From Flavobacteriales bacterium (GTDB lineage Bacteria > Bacteroidota > Bacteroidia > Flavobacteriales > BACL11), in the NCBI GenBank assembly GCA_018647945.1, contig JABGSE010000083.1, positions 2,638-66,637 of the forward strand: a stretch of 64,000 nucleotides of DNA, in the 5' to 3' direction. Positions 58,845 to 64,000 of this stretch are shown piece by piece; the first letter of the stretch is position 1, and each line of letters opens with the position of its first letter. The notes beneath the pieces are model-generated. The model worked only from the letters and a program-made list of their open reading frames with translations, did not search any database and had not been told where the DNA came from. The translations under genes and the position numbers were made by a program.

Positions 58845-59384
58845 TTAATCTGTTAGTTTTATTACTCCATAATTAGAAGTAAACCAAACTCTTTCATGCA
58901 AATAATATAATACCATTTTTGTTATTATTTCAATTGAAAAAATAGAAAGAGCTACTTCAGAAGCTCCCTCAACAGTATTAAATAGATAATAATATATTAT
59001 GAATACAAGTAAAATAGTATCAATTGCTCCAACTAATCTCCAGCTGATAGTTTTTATTATGTGCCTTAATTTTTGGTTATCTGATATCCAATTTAACCCA
59101 TACCATATTCTTTCATGAAAATAATAGAAAATAGTTTTTGTAATCAGTTCAAGACCAGTAATATAAGAAGCAGCTTCAATAGCTTTTTTATTTGTCAGTT
59201 CTCCGTCACTAAAAAACTTAATAATAATATATCCTATTACCCATGTATCAATTGATCCAATAATTCTCCAAGTTATAGTTTTTGCTATATGCCTTTTTCT
59301 TTGTACCCTTGGTTTTATTATTTTGGGATCTTTTTGCATTTCTTGTTTTGCAATACTAATCATTTTTTTGATAGCAACAATCAT
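58845..59384 (-). CDS. membrane protein with two tandem DUF2061-like repeats
   Basis: Two ~70-aa copies: [24 protein letters not shown]...YYFHERIWY and [24 protein letters not shown]...YYLHERVWF. Confidence 0.6.
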   Translation of the reverse strand: MIVAIKKMISIAKQEMQKDPKIIKPRVQRKRHIAKTITWRIIGSIDTWVIGYIIIKFFSDGELTNKKAIEAASYITGLELITKTIFYYFHERIWYGLNWISDNQKLRHIIKTISWRLVGAIDTILLVFIIYYYLFNTVEGASEVALSIFSIEIITKMVLYYLHERVWFTSNYGVIKLTD

Positions 59385-59421
59385 TATCTATTTGCACGAA
59401 AAAATGTATTTTCGCATACTT

Positions 59422-61212
59422 ATGAAAAATATTAGAAATTTTTGCATAATTGCACATATCGACCATGGAAAGAGTACTCTTGCCGACAGGCTTTTGGAAT
59501 TAACTGCAACAGTTACTGAAAGGGAGTCACAAGATCAATTGTTAGATAGTATGGATTTGGAGAGAGAAAGAGGAATTACAATAAAAAGTCATGCAATACA
59601 AATGGAATATTCTCTTAATGGTAAAAATTATATTCTAAATTTAATTGATACGCCAGGCCATGTAGATTTTTCTTATGAAGTTTCTCGTTCCATTGCAGCT
59701 TGTGAAGGAGCTCTTTTAATTGTAGATGCTGCACAAGGAATTCAGGCGCAAACTATTTCTAATTTATATTTAGCCTTGGAAAACGACTTGGAGATTATTC
59801 CTGTACTCAACAAAATTGACTTGCCTTCTGCTGACCCGGAAGTAGTAAAAGATCAGATTATTGATTTGATTGGCTGTAATGATGAAGATATTATTCCTGC
59901 TTCTGCCAAAACTGGACAGGGAATTGATAATATTTTAGAAGCAATTGTAGACAGAGTCCCTTCTCCTGAAGGAAATCCGGAAGATCCACTTCAAGCCATG
60001 ATTTTTGATTCAGTTTATAATTCTTTTAGAGGTATTGAAGCCTATTTCAAAATTATAAATGGGGAACTAAAAAAGGGGGAGAAAGTAAAATTTATGGCAA
60101 CTGGGAAGGAATATTTTGCAGATGAAATTGGTGTTTTAAAGTTTAAACAAGAACCTAAAAACAAACTTAGTTCTGGGGAAGTAGGTTATATTATTTCTGG
60201 GATAAAAGATGCTAAAGACGTAAAAGTTGGAGATACTATCACCACAAAAGATAATCCATCTACAGAAGCAATACAAGGGTTTGAGGATGTAAAACCGATG
60301 GTTTTTGCTGGTATTTATCCTGTAGATACTGAAGATTATGAAGAGCTCCGAAAATCAATGGAGAAACTTCAATTGAATGATGCTTCTTTAACTTTCGAAC
60401 CAGAATCTTCCGTTGCACTTGGTTTCGGATTTAGATGTGGATTCTTAGGAATGTTACACATGGAAATAATTCAAGAAAGATTAGAAAGAGAATTTGACAT
60501 GATTGTTATTACAACTGTTCCCAATGTATCATATAAGGCGTACACAACTGCTGGTGCAAAAATTGAGGTTCATAATCCTACTGATTTCCCAGATCCAAGC
60601 ACATTGGATTATGTAGAAGAACCTTATATAAAAGCACAGATTATTACAAAAGCAGAATATGTTGGTACAATTATGAATTTGTGTATTGATAAAAGAGGAG
60701 AACTTACAAATCAGGTATATTTAACTACCGATAGAGTGGAACTTTCTTTCAACATGCCATTGGGAGAAATTGTATTCGACTTTTATGACAAATTAAAATC
60801 AGTTTCTAGAGGGTATGCATCATTTGATTATCAATCATCCGAATATAGACAATCTGATTTAATTAAGTTGGATATATTATTAAATGGTGAAGGGGTAGAT
60901 GCGCTTTCAGCGTTAATACACAGAAATAACGCGCAAAATTTAGGGAGAAAGATATGTGTTAAATTGAAGGAATTAATCCCACGACAACAATTTGATATTG
61001 CGGTACAATCTGCAATTGGAGCAAAAATTATAAGTAGGGAAACAATAAAAGCTCTCAGAAAAGATGTAACCGCAAAATGTTATGGAGGAGACATATCTAG
61101 AAAGAGAAAACTTCTTGAAAAGCAAAAGAAAGGGAAAAAACGAATGAAGCAAGTTGGTAATGTAGAAATCCCTCAAAAAGCATTTATGGCAGTATTAAAA
61201 CTTGATGAATAA
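59422..61212 (+). CDS. lepA: elongation factor 4
   Basis: [20 protein letters not shown] is the canonical LepA start. The track ORF from 59323 adds 33 hydrophobic aa that overlap the divergent gene. Confidence 0.95.
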   Translation: MKNIRNFCIIAHIDHGKSTLADRLLELTATVTERESQDQLLDSMDLERERGITIKSHAIQMEYSLNGKNYILNLIDTPGHVDFSYEVSRSIAACEGALLIVDAAQGIQAQTISNLYLALENDLEIIPVLNKIDLPSADPEVVKDQIIDLIGCNDEDIIPASAKTGQGIDNILEAIVDRVPSPEGNPEDPLQAMIFDSVYNSFRGIEAYFKIINGELKKGEKVKFMATGKEYFADEIGVLKFKQEPKNKLSSGEVGYIISGIKDAKDVKVGDTITTKDNPSTEAIQGFEDVKPMVFAGIYPVDTEDYEELRKSMEKLQLNDASLTFEPESSVALGFGFRCGFLGMLHMEIIQERLEREFDMIVITTVPNVSYKAYTTAGAKIEVHNPTDFPDPSTLDYVEEPYIKAQIITKAEYVGTIMNLCIDKRGELTNQVYLTTDRVELSFNMPLGEIVFDFYDKLKSVSRGYASFDYQSSEYRQSDLIKLDILLNGEGVDALSALIHRNNAQNLGRKICVKLKELIPRQQFDIAVQSAIGAKIISRETIKALRKDVTAKCYGGDISRKRKLLEKQKKGKKRMKQVGNVEIPQKAFMAVLKLDE

Positions 61213-61223
61213 AAAATAAAGAT

Positions 61224-61970
61224 ATGGGAAGAGCATTTGAATTCAGAAAAGCAAGAAAAATGAAGCGTTGGTCGGCAATGTCCAAAGCGTTTTCCAGAAT
61301 TGGAAAAGAAATTGTAATGGCTGTAAAGGAAGGTGGCCCAGAACCAGATTCTAATTCTAGATTGAGGCAAGTTATGCAGAATGCAAAAGCTGCTAACATG
61401 CCAAAGGACAATGTAGAAAGATCCATTAAAAAAGCAAGTGGTGCAGATGCGGCTAACTATGTAGAAATGACTTTAGAGGGATACGCTCCTCATGGAATTG
61501 CAGTTTTTGCAGATTGCACTACAGACAACAACAACCGAACTGTGGCAAATGTTCGTTCTTATTTTAGTAAGTGTGAAGGAAACTTAGGAACAAATGGTTC
61601 TTTAGAATTCATCTTTGACAGGAAAGGTGTGTTTACAATTGAGATAAATCAAATCACTATGGATTTAGAGGAATTAGAAATGGAATTAATTGAGGGAGGG
61701 CTAGAAGAATTAGAAGTAGATGAAGAAGCAATTACAGTATATTGCAATTTTCCAGACTTCAGTAATATGCAAAAATGCTTGGAAGGGTTAGAAATTGAAA
61801 TTCAGAATTCGGAGCTACAAAGAATACCGAATAACACTAAAACCATTTCTGCAGAAGATGCAAAATTAGTAGTAAAACTTTTAGATAAATTAGAGGAAGA
61901 TGATGATGTTCAACAAGTATTTCATAATATGAATTTAACAGAAGAAATACTAAAATCAATGGAAGAATAA
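61224..61970 (+). CDS. yebC: YebC/PmpR-family transcriptional regulator
   Basis: MGRAFEFRKARKMKRW start; 248 aa. Confidence 0.9.
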   Translation: MGRAFEFRKARKMKRWSAMSKAFSRIGKEIVMAVKEGGPEPDSNSRLRQVMQNAKAANMPKDNVERSIKKASGADAANYVEMTLEGYAPHGIAVFADCTTDNNNRTVANVRSYFSKCEGNLGTNGSLEFIFDRKGVFTIEINQITMDLEELEMELIEGGLEELEVDEEAITVYCNFPDFSNMQKCLEGLEIEIQNSELQRIPNNTKTISAEDAKLVVKLLDKLEEDDDVQQVFHNMNLTEEILKSMEE

Positions 61971-63241
61971 TGAATGTATTAATATTAGGAAGCGGAGGAA
62001 GAGAACATGCTTTTGCATGGAAAGTATCCCAATCAAGTTTGTGTAAAAAATTATTAGTAGCCCCTGGAAATGCGGGCACCGCTCAGATAGGAACCAATAT
62101 AGAAATAGGTGTAAATGATTTTGACAAAATAAAAGATTTGTGTCTTTCAGAAGAAATTGATTTACTTATTGTTGGACCGGAAGATCCATTGGTAAATGGG
62201 ATATATGACTTTTTTCAGGAAGACGAAAAAATACAGCACATTACTGTAATTGGCCCCTCTAAAAAAGGAGCTCAATTAGAAGGGAGTAAAGAATTCTCCA
62301 AAGAATTTATGGTAAAATATGGTATCCCAACAGCTGCTTACCAAAGCTTCACAAAAGATACTTTAGAGGAGGGCAACCAATTTTTAGAAACTCTTTCTCC
62401 TCCTTATGTTTTAAAAGCAGATGGACTAGCAGCAGGAAAAGGAGTATTAATTCCGGAAACATTGAAAGAAGCGAAAATCTCTTTAAAAGAAATGCTTGGG
62501 GACGCTAAATTTGGGGACGCAAGTAGCAAAGTAGTAATTGAAGAACATCTTAAAGGAATCGAACTTTCTGTATTTGTATTAACAGATGGTATCTCATACA
62601 AAATTCTTCCTTCTGCAAAAGATTATAAGAGAATCGGAGAAGGAGACAAAGGACTAAATACTGGTGGAATGGGAGCCATTTCTCCTGTTCCATTTGCGGA
62701 TAGATTTTTCATAGAAAAAGTAGAAAGAGAAATTATAAAACCAACCATAAAAGGATTGGTAGAAGAGGATATTGATTACAAAGGATTTATTTTTATCGGA
62801 TTAATGGTGGAAAACGGAAATCCGAAAGTAATTGAATACAATGTGAGAATGGGAGATCCAGAAACAGAAGTGGTAATCCCTAGAATAAAATCAGATTTAT
62901 TAAACTTATTTAGAGGGATAGGAAATGGTTCCTTCTCAGAAATTGATTTTGATATTTCGGAAGAAGTGGCCGCAACAGTAATGATGGTTTCTGGAGGATA
63001 TCCTGAAAGCTATGAGAAAGGAAAAAAAATGAGTGGATTTGAAGATGTAGAAGACAGCTTACTTTTCCATTCTGGGACTAAAAATGATGGGGATAAAGTT
63101 GTAACAAATGGAGGTAGAGTTTTAGCAATCACCTCTTTTGGTAAAGATATAAATGAGGCAGTAAATAAATCTTTCAAAAATGCAGAAAAGATAAATTTTG
63201 AAGGGAAATACTACAGAAAAGATATTGGATTTGACTTATGA
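61970..63241 (+). CDS. purD: phosphoribosylamine--glycine ligase
   Basis: MNVLILGSGGREHAFAWK start, ATP-grasp body and GGRVLAITS motif. Confidence 0.97.
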   Translation: MNVLILGSGGREHAFAWKVSQSSLCKKLLVAPGNAGTAQIGTNIEIGVNDFDKIKDLCLSEEIDLLIVGPEDPLVNGIYDFFQEDEKIQHITVIGPSKKGAQLEGSKEFSKEFMVKYGIPTAAYQSFTKDTLEEGNQFLETLSPPYVLKADGLAAGKGVLIPETLKEAKISLKEMLGDAKFGDASSKVVIEEHLKGIELSVFVLTDGISYKILPSAKDYKRIGEGDKGLNTGGMGAISPVPFADRFFIEKVEREIIKPTIKGLVEEDIDYKGFIFIGLMVENGNPKVIEYNVRMGDPETEVVIPRIKSDLLNLFRGIGNGSFSEIDFDISEEVAATVMMVSGGYPESYEKGKKMSGFEDVEDSLLFHSGTKNDGDKVVTNGGRVLAITSFGKDINEAVNKSFKNAEKINFEGKYYRKDIGFDL

Positions 63242-63412
63242 TGAAGAGTGTTCTTCTCCGTTTTTTTTGTGTTTAACCATTTTACTAGTCCAAACAATAA
63301 GGAAAATGAAGATGACCAACATAAAGAAGTAGTTCAGAGCATTTCCAAAAGCAGGCATAAATTCAAATATAGATTCAAAAAAGGCGCCAATTGCGTAAAA
63401 AAAGTTGTTCAT
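63236..63412 (-). CDS. small membrane protein (58 aa from M16)
   Basis: Two hydrophobic segments. I moved the start to 63412 because a TAGTTTTG box (63436-63443) lies inside the longer ORF. Confidence 0.4.
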   Translation of the reverse strand: MNNFFYAIGAFFESIFEFMPAFGNALNYFFMLVIFIFLIVWTSKMVKHKKNGEEHSSS

Positions 63413-63435
63413 TTTTAATTGTTTTATAATTAGGG

Positions 63436-63443
63436 CAAAACTA
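63436..63443 (-). promoter_or_regulatory. -7 promoter box for the small membrane protein gene
   Basis: Reverse complement is TAGTTTTG, 23 nt upstream of the ATG at 63412. Confidence 0.35.
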
Positions 63444-63460
63444 AATATTTTTAACATACA

Positions 63461-64000
63461 ATGATTCTAAAATCCTTAAAAAATAGTCATAGCTATTTAA
63501 TAGTCATTTTTTTAATCTTTAGTATCATTTTTTTTACTCTTATTTTTTTTACAAAAGAGTTCCAAAATATTGAAACGAATAATGTTTTATATCCCTTTCT
63601 TATTTTATTTTCTGTATTTTTAATTACTACTTTCCACTGTATTGGTCTCAATAATTTAATTTACGAAAAAGATGTAATAAAAAAGCCAAATTTTGTAGTT
63701 GGAATGGTTTATTTGCTACTTACAACTCCTTTTATCAATAACTTACAAATGGTTGTTTTTTCGTTTGGCTTACTCTATTTTCTCTATAGTCTTTTGGAAA
63801 TGTTTAAAAAGAAAAAACCTTTTTCATTAGCATTTAACTCATCAATGATTCTTTCCATTATTTCTATATTTTTCCCAAATATTCTGTTGCTTTTTCCACT
63901 CATTATTATTGCGTTAATTATTTTCGGGAATATTGATTGGAGGTGTTTTGTCATTTCTTTAGTCGCTATTATTGTTCCCTATTTATTCTTGTGGACCTAT
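63461..64000 (+). CDS. multi-pass membrane protein, N-terminal 180 aa; ORF runs off the window end
   Basis: ATG at 63461. I read 180 codons with no stop (MILKSLKNSHSYLIVIFLIF...) and at least five hydrophobic helices. No family recognised. Confidence 0.5.
   Translation, partial: MILKSLKNSHSYLIVIFLIFSIIFFTLIFFTKEFQNIETNNVLYPFLILFSVFLITTFHCIGLNNLIYEKDVIKKPNFVVGMVYLLLTTPFINNLQMVVFSFGLLYFLYSLLEMFKKKKPFSLAFNSSMILSIISIFFPNILLLFPLIIIALIIFGNIDWRCFVISLVAIIVPYLFLWTY

Noticed and set aside
59323-59421. 33-aa hydrophobic N-terminal extension of the lepA ORF
   Set aside because: The canonical LepA N-terminus ([19 protein letters not shown]) begins at 59422. The extension overlaps the divergent DUF2061 gene start.
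1-64000. Searched for CRISPR arrays, IS elements or transposases, integrases, phage genes, toxin-antitoxin or restriction/defence genes
   Set aside because: No spaced direct repeats were seen by eye. No ORF shows transposase, integrase, nuclease or defence hallmarks. The window reads as contiguous core genome.

Overview
The window is AT-rich, very gene-dense and reads as Bacteroidota, probably class Flavobacteriia. Three things support this: about 20 gene starts are preceded by the TAnnTTTG -7 promoter box, there are no Shine-Dalgarno sequences, and type IX secretion (T9SS) cargo and SprB/SprF-type genes are present.

Almost everything is core housekeeping:
- Translation: pth, L25/ctc, rpmF, asnS, cysS, lepA, tRNA-Cys, tRNA-Leu.
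- Nucleotide and cofactor synthesis: prs, purT, purD, ribE, pdxA, panC, nadD, gmk, dCMP deaminase.
- Isoprenoids: ispG, dxs.
- Fatty-acid block: DUF177-rpmF-plsX-fabH-accB-accC.
- DNA and transcription: radA, polA, rpoN.
- Envelope: glmS.

Accessory-looking content is limited to cell-surface/T9SS genes:
- A partial SprB-repeat gene at the left edge.
- A 1158-aa T9SS type-A cargo that looks like a PNGase F fold split by a large LamG-containing insertion.
- A same-strand block of M23 peptidase, 1229-aa type-B cargo, PorP/SprF and PD40-OmpA.

I found no CRISPR array, IS element, integrase, phage genes or recognisable defence system. I cannot point to a convincing new multi-gene system. The findings are modest oddities: the split PNGase F-like protein, an orphan tRNA 3'-end fragment between two stop codons, two small paralogous 2-TM proteins behind a 300-bp non-coding region, a near-leaderless promoter geometry, an exonuclease-motif-deficient PolA, and a translationally coupled membrane protein / HldE-domain-II / RadA chain.

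All family assignments come from reading motifs in the supplied translations and from memory of reference sequences. No searches were run.
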